Source: Intoshia linei
Lineage: Eukaryota > Animalia > Orthonectida
NCBI GenBank assembly: GCA_001642005.1
Contig: LWCA01000111.1
Span: 1-53,079 of the forward strand
Reading direction: 5' to 3'
DNA: 53,079 nt
The notes under the pieces are model-generated. The model saw only the letters and a program-made list of their open reading frames with translations, did not search any database and had not been told where the DNA came from. The position numbers and the translations under genes are program-made. Of this stretch, positions 1 through 12,963 are shown one piece after another (the first letter of the stretch is position 1; each line of letters begins with the position of its first letter).

Positions 1-6
1 AAACTT

Positions 7-2413
7 ATGAAATTAAGCATTAAAAGAAGTTTACATTTTGATAATAACCTCTTAAACGTCGAAAAAACAATGAATAAGAGGTCTGATGATAATTATTACA
101 AATATTCTAAAAGACTTAGTCATTTTAATGAAAGTTTAAGTTTACAAAGCGATCAAACGGTTTTGATTAAAATTTACATGAATGACGATGTTTATGAATT
201 AATTCCTATTAAAAGGGTAATATTTATTTCCTAACACTTAATTAAATAATGTAAATTGCCAGAATTCGAGAAATTAAATCGTTAGTAAAATCCAAAAAAA
301 TTGAGCTATAAACAATTTTAAAAAATTAACTGTATAACTAAACATGGAGAGCAATATTATAATGTCGGTACCACTTTAAAAGCTCAAACGCCAATTTCCA
401 TTAAAATAAAGTTCAGTTTCAATTTCTCCAGAATATTTTTAAAGTGATATTTAAAATGACAAACGCAACTCGAATAGATAGCGTTAAATGTTTTTGATTG
501 CAAATTTGTTTTTCTATTTTAAAAATACACATTTTTGTGCTAATTGCCCATCGAATTTTAAAATTTTTCAAAAAATATGACACCCTAATGTATATCAGGG
601 TTCCAAAACTATTTGATTATTACATTTCAATAAGAAATTTATAAATGAATTTTAGACTAATACAATTGAAATTTTGATTAACACGTGTTACACAGTATTT
701 AAAAATGTATTGGAAATAATATATCCTCACATGAAAAACGAAACTAAGTCAAATTCAGTCAGTTTGGTTGAAATGCAGGATAATACAAATGTATATGAAA
801 CAAAATATGTGTCAAAATCGTCTTCATCAGAAGGTCAAAAATACATAATTTTAGCTAACATAAAATTGATAAAAATACACAACGACGGAAAAATAACACA
901 GCAAATATTGAAAAATGATATAATCGATATCCATTTGCTTTTAAAATATAACAATAGATTATATTTTGAAGTATACCCAACATTAACGCAAAATTTGATA
1001 TCAAATTTTTCAATCAACAACATTCGTTTTAAAAGTGTTATCAGTTTATCAATTTATTCTCAAAATTTTAAAGTGTTGGCAATTATACTCTTGTTGCGGC
1101 AATATGAGTTGGTCAAACAAATAAAATCGTCATATTTCATTGACGAGTTTACATCTTGTCGAAAGAGCCGTGTTGTAAAGAATTTGAAACCTAATTGTGT
1201 AAATAGTATACTTGCTAATGATTCCTTAAATGCATGGGAAAAGTTGTTGGAGTTTACAGATTTTGAGTACTATTGGACTTTGAATGAAATTTTGCGAAAT
1301 TACACGTTTTTGCATAGAGTTAGAGCAATTGAGTCATTAATAAAGGTAGCTTACGTTTCATTCAAAATTTTAAATTACAATACCGCTTTCAATATAATTT
1401 TGGCATTATCAAATGGTATAATCGAAAAGTTGTATGCTGTCTGGAAGAGAGTTTCTAAAAAGTCAAAATCTTTGTTTCATATGTTATATCGCGATTTAGC
1501 AAATATATCGTATAGTTCAACCTATTACACAATTTTAAGAGACACTGAACCCGGTACCGCTTTTGTTCCAATTATTCCACTGTATTCTAAAGATTTTCGT
1601 GTATATAAGGAAATTATGCCAAACATTATTAACAATAAACTCATCAATTTTCAAAAAGCTAAAGCTATTGGAGATTCGCTTAAATTGCTAATTTTTTCTT
1701 CCAGGTCAAAGCTGAATTTGGGATTTATATGTGAAAAGGCACAATTGTCGATAAATTATGCTTATGCTTTCTTTCAAATATACTATAAAACAAATACCAT
1801 CAGTTCAAATTTTGAAATGCCTCAATTGGCATTAAATCAAAGTCTTCGGTCTCGCCAAAATTCTTTACTTTGCGACACTCATTTGACTATGCAGATTAAT
1901 CTTAAAATTAGATGGACGTGTCTACGTGATATTGAAAAATGTCTCCACTTTTTAAATTCAAAAATAGAAAGAGACCCACGCAATATACAAAATATGCTGC
2001 ACAAGACTAAATTGAAAGACATTTCTAGTTTAAATACTCAGTCGTCAAATCATTCACAAATATCTACCCAGGATGTATATAAATATTCCCAGTGTAATTT
2101 CATCAAATTAACATCAAGATCGTATATTCCGATAAACAAACTCGGTCTTTTTGGTAGTTTACATACATGTAAATTGGTTAATAGAATATCAAACTCTGTT
2201 AACAGGATTGCCAATCCTATTAGGAAAAGCAAAACTACTCAATTTCATTCTTTTTATGTCAAAACCCACAAGTCTCTTTCTACACCCAGTATTCCGGTAT
2301 TTGGCTTTACTGATAATGATAATATTAAAAACAGCCTTAAAGCCGAATCTGTTGAAATTAATGATGTTCAATCTGTATATTTACCCAAATTTGAGGAAAT
2401 TAAAAAATTTTAA
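7..2413 (+). CDS. Rap/Ras guanine nucleotide exchange factor, RA + CDC25 (RasGEF) domains, RapGEF2/6 (PDZ-GEF)-like; possibly 5'-partial
   Basis: Exons 7..216 (AGG|gtaata) and 656..2413 (tttag|ACT) join in phase 0. CDC25 motifs: EYYWTLNEILR..RVRAIESLIKVA, NYNTAFNIILALSN, WKRVSKK, VPIIPLYSKD, LINFQK. N-terminal SDQTVLIKIY..ELIPIKRTNT..RLYF resembles the RapGEF2 RA domain. Confidence 0.8.
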
Positions 2414-2999
2414 TTTTATTTTTAAATTACCCACATCTAGTCTAATTTTGTATGTAATAAAGTCATTTCTTTAATTATTTTTTAAAATTTATTTACAAAT
2501 AACATTGGATAGGTATATAAAATTATAAAACAAATATATAAAAACAACATTTAAGCATTTAGACAATTCTCAATATCGAAAATACTTTGATTAAAATTTG
2601 GAAATCAACAAAAACATATTCAGGTGTAATATCCAAATGATTGCGCAAAATTTTCTAAATTTTTAAAATTAAAGTACAATTTATTATCTTTACAAATTTG
2701 ATAAATACTCCCATCTAACGACAAGATGGATGGCTCATATCCCAAATCATAGTTTATAGTGAAGCCACTACTATTGCCCAAAATCGCAATAAAAAAATTT
2801 TGGGAATACTACAACCCGTGTTTAGGAAATGGCTAACAATTTTAGATGCTCTTACTATTGAAATACATATTTGTAGTACATGTACTTTCTTCCAAGCGTT
2901 AATTTAATAATCGTAATACATTATCTGTTACTTTAAAATTAGATAATATTTAGTAATTAACATAACATCAATTTTATAGTAATTCAAAAAATGCAGGTT

Positions 3000-5428
3000 T
3001 CAATACCTGAAATTGACTTGAAATTTAAATGTAGATAAAATTACCTCTGACAGCGATGCATTATTGGATAAATTTTGGCAACAATTTTTGATGTAATAAT
3101 AAATTTTTTCAAAATTAATAATTATACAGACCTTGGAGAAATCTTCTTTTAACAATTTCATTGATTTGATTATACAGACAACAATGTAATTTTTACATTG
3201 TGGTAGTATCAATTTTCTTGTGTATTTAATAAATATAATATATGCCAGCAAATTATTTGCAATACTTTTTTCATAAGGTAATATTACTCCTGTTTCCAGT
3301 TGATTTAAACAAATTTCGTTAAATTGACTTATAAATAGTGTTAACTTTAGTATCTAAATTTTAAATGTATATGTTGTATAGAATGTGTATAACTGAAATG
3401 TAAAAATTCCACGGGCAAGTCCGTAGAATCTATAATACATTCTATGGGTTAATCGTAGAATGTGTAAATTTTCATTTATATTCTAATTTTGGGTTTTAGA
3501 AATTTTTTTTGAACCAAACTTTAAGGTGGTTTTATTAGAAATTTTTTTGAACAGAACTTTTAAGAGGGCTTTTAAAATTTTTTTTTTAACCATACTTTCA
3601 AGGGGGTTTTAATATTTTTTTTGACCAATCTTTATGGGGAGTTTTTAGGAAATTTTTTTGAACAGAACTTTCAGAGTGGTCTATAAAGACAACGTTACAT
3701 CCTTATCACAGCTAAATTTCAACATGACCAGCAAAAATATTTATTGTTGAGTCAACGAATTCTGCGAGTGAAATTAATTACCTCGTCTATTTTTTGACCA
3801 TTAATAATTTCCATTATTACTTCATCAAAAAAAGAACATGTTGGCAAATAGATTGTATCAAGAACATTCAATATAAACACTTCAAAATTTAAAATGTCAA
3901 CTTCGTTATAACTCGCATCACACATGGGCAGTATATCCTCTAACTAAAATGTGGTAATGAAAGTAAAATCCAATAGAAATAAAAATCAAAATATACTTCG
4001 GGGACATATCTTTCCTGAAATTTTATAGAAATTAGTAAACACGTTACTCCAAGTAGTTGAAATTGTGTTACTGGACATACTTGACGGTGTAAAAACTTTT
4101 CAATTAATCGTAGTGCCATTAATATCGTATTATTGCAAACTTCGAATGCATACTAAATTAAAGTTTATCATTATAACGTAACATGCAAAGTATTACTCCA
4201 ATATTGTATAGCCATTCGCATAAGCTTCTTTTCATTGCGGTACTAATGTGTGGTTGATTAATTTCAACTATATTCCAATAAGATTGGACGCCTCGTTTCT
4301 AATATAATTGTAAGGTTAGTGAAATACTAAAACTATTAATATGGTTTAAAAAAATTAATTTTAACTTTAAAAATCCATATATTGGGTTTATTTAGAAAGT
4401 TTCATTCAAAAAATAAAATAAAAATTAATATCCTTACTTATATATTACTATTATTACTTATATATAATATGCTATGCAATATTTGTTTGTGTGTGTTACC
4501 GTTTATTTCAATAATTGCCAGTCTTAGAATTTTATAAAGTCTACATTCCAATTACAGTTCTTCCGGGTGTTAGCACAAAATAAATTTCAACCTCCCAAAC
4601 TCACATCTTACGGGTCAAAAAGCCCTTTTTTTGAAAATCAAACGAGTTCGAAAATTTAAAAAAATAAATACTTTGATACGGATTTTAAAATCATAAATTT
4701 AAAATAAATAGTTACTATTTCATTTTGAATGATAGCACTCGTATAAAAATCACGGAATAGATTGTCACAACTGAGTGAAAGTGAAATATCACATTTTCTA
4801 TCCATGAAATTGTCATTTTTAATAATAGTTTTGTCGCACTTTTTTTTAACATCTAAAAATTTAGATTAATTCATTAATTACAACTCATTTTTTATTTTTA
4901 TAGATTAATCTGACTAATTAAACAATGGAATGTTTACACCCATCGATTTCAATAAAAGCAATACGACACCTGCATTTTTGTCTTCAAAAGGGATAAAATA
5001 ATTAGAAAAGAAATATTTTTATTTTGAATACAGAGTCATGTGTGGATAAATTTTACAATGTGAATTACACTACATTATGCAGTTTAATAATAAAATATTC
5101 ATTTAGTGACATTTCGATGGAAACGGTGTACTAAATTGGTACTGTCAACATCTAATTTATTTGACTCAAAAAATTGTTTTAGATAGTTTATTAATTTTTT
5201 AATAAAACCTTTTAAAATTTGCGTAGCATTGCATTTATTCCGTTTGTTTCTTAAACTTTTATTTAAATCCTTTAAAGCATTTCTCTAATTATAATTCAAT
5301 TAATAAAATAAATATTGATGAAGAATTACTCTATTTCTTTTTTTAATATATTTTGATTTATTTGGTATATTGTAAGGAGTTTTTCTAATTTTCTGAGCAT
5401 CATTTAAAATTTTATAAGAAGAAACCAT
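3000..5428 (-). CDS. CCNO: Cyclin, cyclin O-like (multi-exon; cyclin-box exons not in ORF track)
   Basis: Phase-0 GT-AG exons 4298-4197, 4152-3997, 3943-3782 and 3353-3000 give QPHISTAMKRSLCEWL..ALRLIEKFL..FQLLGVTCLLISIKFQERYVPE LEDILPMCDASYNEVDILNFEVFILNVL..LPTCSFF, a cyclin box closest to remembered CCNO (FQLLGVTSLLIACK, APTISFF). Probable 5' exons are 5428-5330 (ATG) and one starting at 5284 (RNALKDLN, D-box-like). Linking exons at 4930-5160 and a possible extra 3' exon at ~2620-2810 (YDLGYEPSILS) are uncertain. Confidence 0.75.
3494..3680. repeat. ~37-bp degenerate minisatellite, 5 copies, in cyclin intron
   Basis: The unit ~TTTTAGAAATTTTTTTGAAC(C/A)(A/G)AACTTT(A/C)AG(G/A)G(T/G)GGT is repeated in tandem. 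Confidence 0.75.
4431..4700 (+). mobile_element. Helitron family 5' fragment in cyclin intron
   Basis: A|TCCTTACTTATA start; aligns with 45454-45735. Confidence 0.62.
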
Positions 5429-6174
5429 TTTCAGTAAAAATAATAAAACATGTAAAATTTATAAAAAATATAATAACTTGATTCAATTGAATTAATAAGC
5501 AATCTTTGTAAATTTTAAACAAAAAAACAAGTTGTTTAATTGTAAATACAAACCAAAACTTTAATGAATTATAGTTTTACAAGTTCAAACTTATAATGTG
5601 ATGAAATGATCAAATTTAAATGGAATATATCTGTCCATTGGACAGTGTCAGAGCCGTCTTAAGCCACTTCGGGCCCTGGGCTTAGCAAAGGGCCGGGCCC
5701 TTTAAAATTTCGAGCGAAGCGATAAAAAAATTAGGACCCCTGTTTAGAAGACAGGGCATACTGTTGGTTGGAGACTTATTTCATTGAGTATTAATAAAAG
5801 CATTAAAAGATATTGTGTAGATTTCTAGTAACTTATTTCGTTTACAGAAACCTACTTACATTAATTAATGAACAAAGTTTACTTTTTCATTTGAATATTT
5901 ACTTTTTAGAAAGGTTGTAATCCTCAATTGAAATAGTTTTTTTGTCGATATTATTTTTAATTCTGTATTATAATTTAACAAAATATAACAACAATAAACA
6001 ACATAACTAAATTTTTGTTATTATTTTATTATGATTTTTATTGTATTATTATGAATTTAGAGTTAAAAAAGTCCGACCTCTGCAGAGCTCGGTGCTATTT
6101 GTACGAAGTACATAACAGTCAATCCATAAATAAATAAAATTAATTCATTTAATGATACAAATAATAATTTCAAT

Positions 6175-9100
6175 TTACAAATCTTTTTTTAACATTTTAT
6201 TATATACATTTTCAGCTTCAGTTAACTTATCACATAGAAGATATCTAAAAAATTAATACACTCGAATGACGTAAAAATATTATTTTTTATCCAATATAAA
6301 TCTTATCATGAATTGTAATACTTTTTACATTGTACACTAAACTCAACATTTAACAAATACTCGTTCCACTGACCGTTATACTGGACAATAATGCTACTAA
6401 TAATATAAAAATAAAGAAAAAAACAAAATTTCAACAAAAGTGCGACTGTGTTCGCCCGTTATGAAGTCTTTAACAGAACCGGTATTGTCCCTTACAATAA
6501 AGGGTATATTTCCTTTTAAACGTACTGAATAATTGCTTGATCATAATTTCCATTAGAATAACAATATTGAGCATATCTATTGTGAATAGATTCCAAAAGA
6601 TTTACATCATATTTTCTGGCGACCACAAAAGCTAAGCTAAATTAAAATTGATTTTTTCAGCCGTTTCAAATTTTAAGAGGTTTGAAATATTGTTTTTACA
6701 TGTAAATATTAAACGCAAAATAATAATATTATTCTAAGCATGTGATTGGGAAATTCCAACTTCTTTTACAACCCTTAAAAAACAAATATTCATCAACCAC
6801 GGGGAAACAGAATTTGAACTGTAAATGTCAAATAAAAGTGGATTTTTCACATTCGTAAAACAAAAATAATATTTCAAATTATTTCAAACGGCTTTTAACA
6901 TTTGTTTAAAAATAAATTTAAATATAAAAAATTTTAAAAACAACACAAAAAATACTTGTATTTATTATTGCAAATTAAAATGTCTATGGCTAGATTCACT
7001 TGATCCATTCCAATTAATGAAATGGTAGCTTCCAAAAGTTTATCAGGTTCCAAGCTTAGATAACTTTTTAGCCAGTCATATTGTATATGATAATTAACTA
7101 AAATTATAATTTTGAGGTTTAAAACAAATACTGTATGAATAAAAGAATCATTAATTAATTAAATACATTGTTTTAAAAGAGTAATGTATGAAATCTTGGC
7201 GTAGCCTTCAATTACAGCTCGATTCAAAAACCCTAGCAAAGTATCACTCTTGCATTCACTACCCTCTAAATTAGTCAAAATATTCAGGTCTGATTTTGTC
7301 ATGTTAAGTTTTCTCTGATCTAAAAGCTATAATATAAATATAACAATAAAAATACAAGAATCGACATTATTTATTTTTTTTTATATATAAATATTATTTA
7401 ATATATTGTTTAAACATCTTACTCACTAACTGAAGGGTATCATCGTAAGAAACTACATCATTCCTTGTAAAGTTAGTTAACAATTCATCTAAATTTAACA
7501 ATTAATTTAAATACATTACATATCAGGATCTTGCAAGGGTCAATATTTTGTCCACCTCACCACTGCAAGACTGACATATATAAATACATTTTAAAAATTA
7601 AAGTACCAAAATCTTTAAAAGTCCTAATGTTATTTTTAAAAGAAATATTAGATGGTTTTATTTCAACAGGTTCTACCGAATCTTCTAAAATATACAATTA
7701 ATTAATAATCTTAAATTTCATACATATTTTAAAAAAAAATAAATTACCAATAACACTTTCCGTTGATTCATTACCATTAAATTGATATGCATTCAAATCA
7801 ATGCACTTTATTCCATACTAAATAAATGAACCTGTCAAAAAATTTTGGAAAAATAATATTACAAATTTAGTACAAATAATCAAAACTTTCGGTAAAACAG
7901 GGCACCAAGTGAGTTGATAAATATCTTCTCCTTCTTTGAGTTGCAAACGATCTGATGACAATGAGTAAACAACACAACAAGAAAGAACATCCCACACCTT
8001 AAAATAAACATAAATAAATAAAAAAGACAAAAAACTTTAATGCACGTTTTGGAACATGTGGCCAGTAAATTTTTATCAAAGCCTGACCAGTACAAAGAAT
8101 TTATATCATATTTGTGTCCCTGTAAATATTTAATGTGTGAATTTTCTGGATTTTCATCAAATATAATAGCTATTGGAGAATAAGAACAAGCTGCAATATG
8201 ACTCTTTAAATTTGAATCGGATAAATCGTTGAATCTCATTTCCCGGACAGTTTCCCATTTGAGATCAGCATCATTTATATTTTTTGGTAAAGTAATTGAA
8301 ACTGTTTTATGCAGTACAACATACACTTCATCAACATCAAATACCTTGCCTTCTTCGTAGATTTTATTAAAATAAATATCAACAGTACCATCCACATTTC
8401 CGATAAATGTATATTTTGGGTTTTTCTTGGACCAGTAAATCGTAGATCTAGCCTTAAGAGGGTCTTTTAAAACCGTTATCACAAAAACATTGGAGGAAGC
8501 TAATTTTTCAGTAAAATTAACAGGTAATTCAAACAATTCAATGTTATCAACAAAAAATAATGATAAATTCGTTTTATCATCAATAATCTTATTCGTATTA
8601 TTATAATTGATAGAAGGTGCCCAACAAATTGAATACATTGATTGGGTTGTAGAATATTGTGTTATGCATGTGTCTGTGAAAAAATCATAGACTATGATTT
8701 TATATGTTCCTTTAATTCGATTTTTATAAAAAACCAACCCAACAATTCCTTCTCTGAATGGATGAGATGATATTTTGTAAATGAATGATTTGTCAGGGGT
8801 TTTAGTGTCTGATATACTAAAAATATCGGTTTCGAGGCAATTTATTATCTTTAAATCAGGTCCTATAAATCAAAGAAAAATATACATTAATATTTTAAAT
8901 CAGAATTTTAACAAAGGAGACACCCACTAGTGAGCGTCTGAAATGTTTTAGTGGGAGTCAGAGTCGAACCTACCAAGCTGGAAATTACCGAAAATGAAAA
9001 ATAAGCTCTTATACAAGATTGCCATACAAATTGTTGTGTCATATAGTCCTAGTCATCTCTCCAAGACTCTTGACTTGGCATTTTTTATTTACAAACAAAT

Positions 9101-12100
9101 ATTTAATATTTAAGAATACAATTTTTTCAATTTGCTCAATTTGGAAAAATGAGGCCCCAACTAAAATAAAATTTTTAAAGTTTTTATTGATTCTTATCTC
9201 TAATCGTAATGCTTTACAAATATAAAATTAAATGTCTTTTACCACTTATTTAAACACTTAACAGTACCAAAATTTAAAAAAATCAATTTCTAATAATTTT
9301 TATAGTCATTTCATTTAAATTTAAATTTCATTTTCAGAAATTGAGTTCTTCAGGGGTCAAAACCAAATTTACTTTTTGTTTTGAAAATAAAATCATCCAT
9401 AAAATTTAAAAAAACATATATCCTGGGACGTTTGAAAGTCATTAGCATTACCGTAAATCTCAGTCTCAGTATTAACATCTTGATTGCCAAAACGATAATT
9501 TACACCTTTTTTTTTAATTGAAAAAAGTCTTAGATTTCTACAAAACATACATTCTGCTATAGTTTTTAAAATCATAAGCATTATCATAAATTGCAACTCA
9601 CAAAAGTGAATTTTAATCAAAACTCAGATTGCCCTTTTTTAAATAGAAATAGTCCTAGAATTTTAATAAAAATTAAATCTCATACATTGATCTCCAGTTA
9701 ACACATACAACAAATTTTAATCTCACAAAGTGACGCCTTCATTGTCAAAAAAGCATTTTAGTATTCATTTTTTTTATTTGGTAACTCTTATAAATAACTA
9801 ACGTGACTGTTATGTACTTGGTACAAACATCAGCAAGCTTTATTCCAGGGGTGCACAACCGTTCCACCAATTCAGCCACAATGCTTCTTTACTCATTGAA
9901 ACTACGGCCGCACAATATTTACTTCGACATTGAGAAAGTTTACTCTGAACATAAATTTTACGTCTAATAAAATAGTTTTCTATAAATTTTAATATCAGCA
10001 AGTTTTAATTAATAATTTTCAATTAAAATAAATCCTTAATTCACTCATATAAATTAACACCATTTGTCATTTATCTGAATTGGAATAAATATCAATACAA
10101 ATTAATATAATACAATACAGATTAAATACTGTAGTAGGATTAATGCAGTGCTTCTCACGGAGTAAATACGAAAATTTTATTATTCTATTTATTATATATT
10201 ATCTTATTTTATTATATATTATCTTATTTTATTATATATTTATTAATTATGAAATCATATTTCATCCAATTTAATAAAATCTCTTGAGAAAAAACTTTAA
10301 AAATAAAATATAATGAAAATAATAAAATAACTAAAATTTTACCAATATTTTTTTGAAAAATCCAATTTTATTGTTAAATTACATATAAAAAATTTAAATA
10401 TATTACCAAAAGTGTTTTTTTAATTTTAATTTTTCAAACCCTTAAAGAAAAAAATCGTTTTTACTAATATTTTTTTGAAAAATGCAATTTTATCAAACAT
10501 TTAGATCAATAATTCCTCTATCTGATTCCAAAAGAAAAAACCTGATTTTAAAAATATTTTAAAAATCCCCTTTTACCAATAGTTTTTTGAAAAAACATTA
10601 CTCATTAATTTTTGGTAAATAATTAATAATAATTGAATGACAGAAAAAAGTTTCAATAAAAACCGATTTGTTGATACATTAGAGTGGAAGACATAAAAAT
10701 AAATATGTAAATATTGATAATTAAACAAAAAAGATATTAGTGACTGCCTTAATATTGTGTGTCCTTCTATAACATTTTTAAATCACTATTTAAATAACAT
10801 TTGAGAAGCTGGCGCAAAGTCAAGAATGTAACTTTTTGATTAAAATATTTTAAATAGCCCTTAAATAAAATCTAATTTAAACTTTTCAATTTGAAGAAAG
10901 ATGATATATTGCATTATGATCAGATGGATTGCCCACGGCCGCACATAAACGCTCTCACGGCCAAACTTTGTGTACCCCTGCTCTATCAAAGGCCAAAATT
11001 TAAAATTTATTAGAAAATAAGTGTATTTTTTTAAAAACAATCAAATTATAATAACCATAAAAAATAAAATTTTAAATAACTGTAGTAGTTTTTTCTTCTA
11101 TAATACATTTCAAATCAAGGAGTGGTTCCAAAATTTATTATGTGTAATAAATTAAAAAATTGGTTTTAAAATTAAAACTTCCACCCTCAGCAGATTTAAT
11201 ACCATTTGTACCAAGTACACAACTGTCAAGCTACTATAGTATAAACAAGTAAATTACCTGAAGCAATAAAGAACCAGCTTTCCTCGACATTGGACCCTTG
11301 CATATCTGAAATAGGATGGTCCAGTATAGTAATCATTGACTTGTACTCCCAAGTATCAGTATTAAAAACCGAGATAGCATTTTCGGATGGTGATAAATAT
11401 CGCGATGCAACAAAGTCATTGAAACAAAACACATTACAATACTTGACTTTTGTATTTTTCCTCAAAGTAATAATTTTTGAGTCTAGCACATTAGTCGAAT
11501 CAGAATTCTCAATGACTTGCTCACCATTACACTCTTTACTATTTTTATGAAGATTTTTGGGTTTTATTGTAAATTCAATGATTTTCAACTTGTCACAGCC
11601 ATAAATGACGGAATTCTTAGTCAACCATGTAATTGTAAGATTGACATCATATCTCAAAATTTTAGAAACTTTAGAAGATAGCGGTTCAATTTTAAACTTA
11701 CAAATGCATAGCTTATCATTAATACACCAAATATTAACAAGCCAAGATTTATTGACCGTCATTAACAAAGGTTCACTTTGGCATAAAGACCATTCCGCCT
11801 TAACGACATTTTTATCTGGCATGCTAAACTTTTTTAAATTGTAGGGAGATTTGGTATTTGTGTAAATGCACGTAAATCTTTGAGAAACTAGCGCCAAATA
11901 TTCATAATTGCACTGTGAAACCAGTAAATCAAAAATTAAATTGTCACTATACAATTCATGTTTTAAATCGACAACAACATTGATCTGGTGAGAGAAAATA
12001 TTGCAAATTATAATTTTATAAAAACTTGTTACATATGCTACTTTGGACCGCGATAAAACTGAACAAATAACCCTTCCATTATTCATTGCATTACGATGAA

Positions 12101-12545
12101 AGATTTCTGTCAATTTTTGAGGTGTGACCTGAAAAACTATAATATCTACTTCAGTTGAAATCATTAAACATAATTTTGATATCTTTTGGATTGTCGTTTC
12201 CGGTGCAGTGTCAATAGAGTACGAGTCGGAATCTTTACTAGAATCCATTTCATTTGATGTATTCAAATTTACTACTGGGTATGTATCTTTAACTTCTTCA
12301 ACACAATATTGTAAATCAAATTTTATAGCTCTGAAATCTGGAATATTTGATGAAAAAAAATTTTCAAATTTTATAAAAACTTTGTTGACATCTGAGATTT
12401 TACCAGTTTTTTCGTCAAATGTTATAAAGCAAAACTTTTCCTTTTTACTTAGCAATAAACACACATTTTTATGATGAGCTTTTATTCCATCTTTGGAAAT
12501 GCCATGTGATATCAGTATTGCTGAGTTTTCTAACAATTCAGTCAT
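6175..12545 (-). CDS. GEMIN5: Gem-associated protein 5 (WD40 repeats + TPR-like module), divergent
   Basis: Exon 12545-11258 joins 8862-8036 in phase 1, then ~8 small exons run to TAA at 6175. Motifs HPFREG..IIVYD..MYSICWAP, IYWSK..FIGNVDGTVDIY, LQGHKYDINSLYWS..LLATCS, VWDV and AIDILICNNKYNLAFVVAR..GNYDQAIIQYL track remembered Gemin5 segments. One small exon near 7520-7560 has an uncertain acceptor. Confidence 0.72.
9846..10980. mobile_element. hAT (Buster-type) non-autonomous element in Gemin5 intron 1, with nested fragments
   Basis: TIR CAGGGGTGCACAA / TTGTGTACCCCTG; TSD ctttattc/ctctatca; CGGCCGCAC subterminal motifs. The internal 10300-10600 segment resembles the subrepeats of the 22609 family. 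Confidence 0.75.
10181..10240. repeat. 20-bp tandem repeat x3
   Basis: ATCTTATTTTATTATATATT occurs twice exactly, plus one degenerate copy. Confidence 0.7.
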
Positions 12546-12963
12546 TTAAATAGTTTTTTGATATTCCAGTTAAGTGTCAATTTAAATTTTTGTGAAATAA
12601 ACTTTAATAAAATACTTCATGAATAATTTCAATTTTACATGGAATGTCCATTGTATTGTTATATTTATTTTTTTATAATTTTTTCATTGTCATTGTTAAA
12701 ACATTCTTTGCCATTTTTCATCACTTGGAAAAATTGTTTACCATTTTTACATACTTTATCTAACAGTAAACAAAATATTCACATTTTTATGGAAGTTATT
12801 TTCTTATTAGTGAACCATGTAAATTTTGATTAATTTGAATTATTTTATCGTTCCGAATAACGATTATTGTTATATTTTTTATGAAACTAAAAATTAAATT
12901 TGAATTACCCAAATTAGTTGTAATAAGTTAGGTATTTTAAATATTTAATAATTTGTAGTAAGT

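Noticed and set aside
835-2474. Short ORFs overlapping the RasGEF exon (835-1023, 2050-2232, 2151-2474, 2189-2371)
   Set aside because: Shadow frames of a real coding exon, with no motifs.
2560-2655. Minus frame KILRNHLDITPEYVFVDFQ, faintly like the MIF/tautomerase C-terminus
   Set aside because: No upstream exons with MIF features; more likely chance or part of the cyclin 3' region.
11290-12474. Plus-strand ORFs antisense to Gemin5 exon 1
   Set aside because: Antisense shadows; the same applies to those opposite dynein exons (26271, 26917, 28962, 41188) and SNAP29 (18704, 20431).
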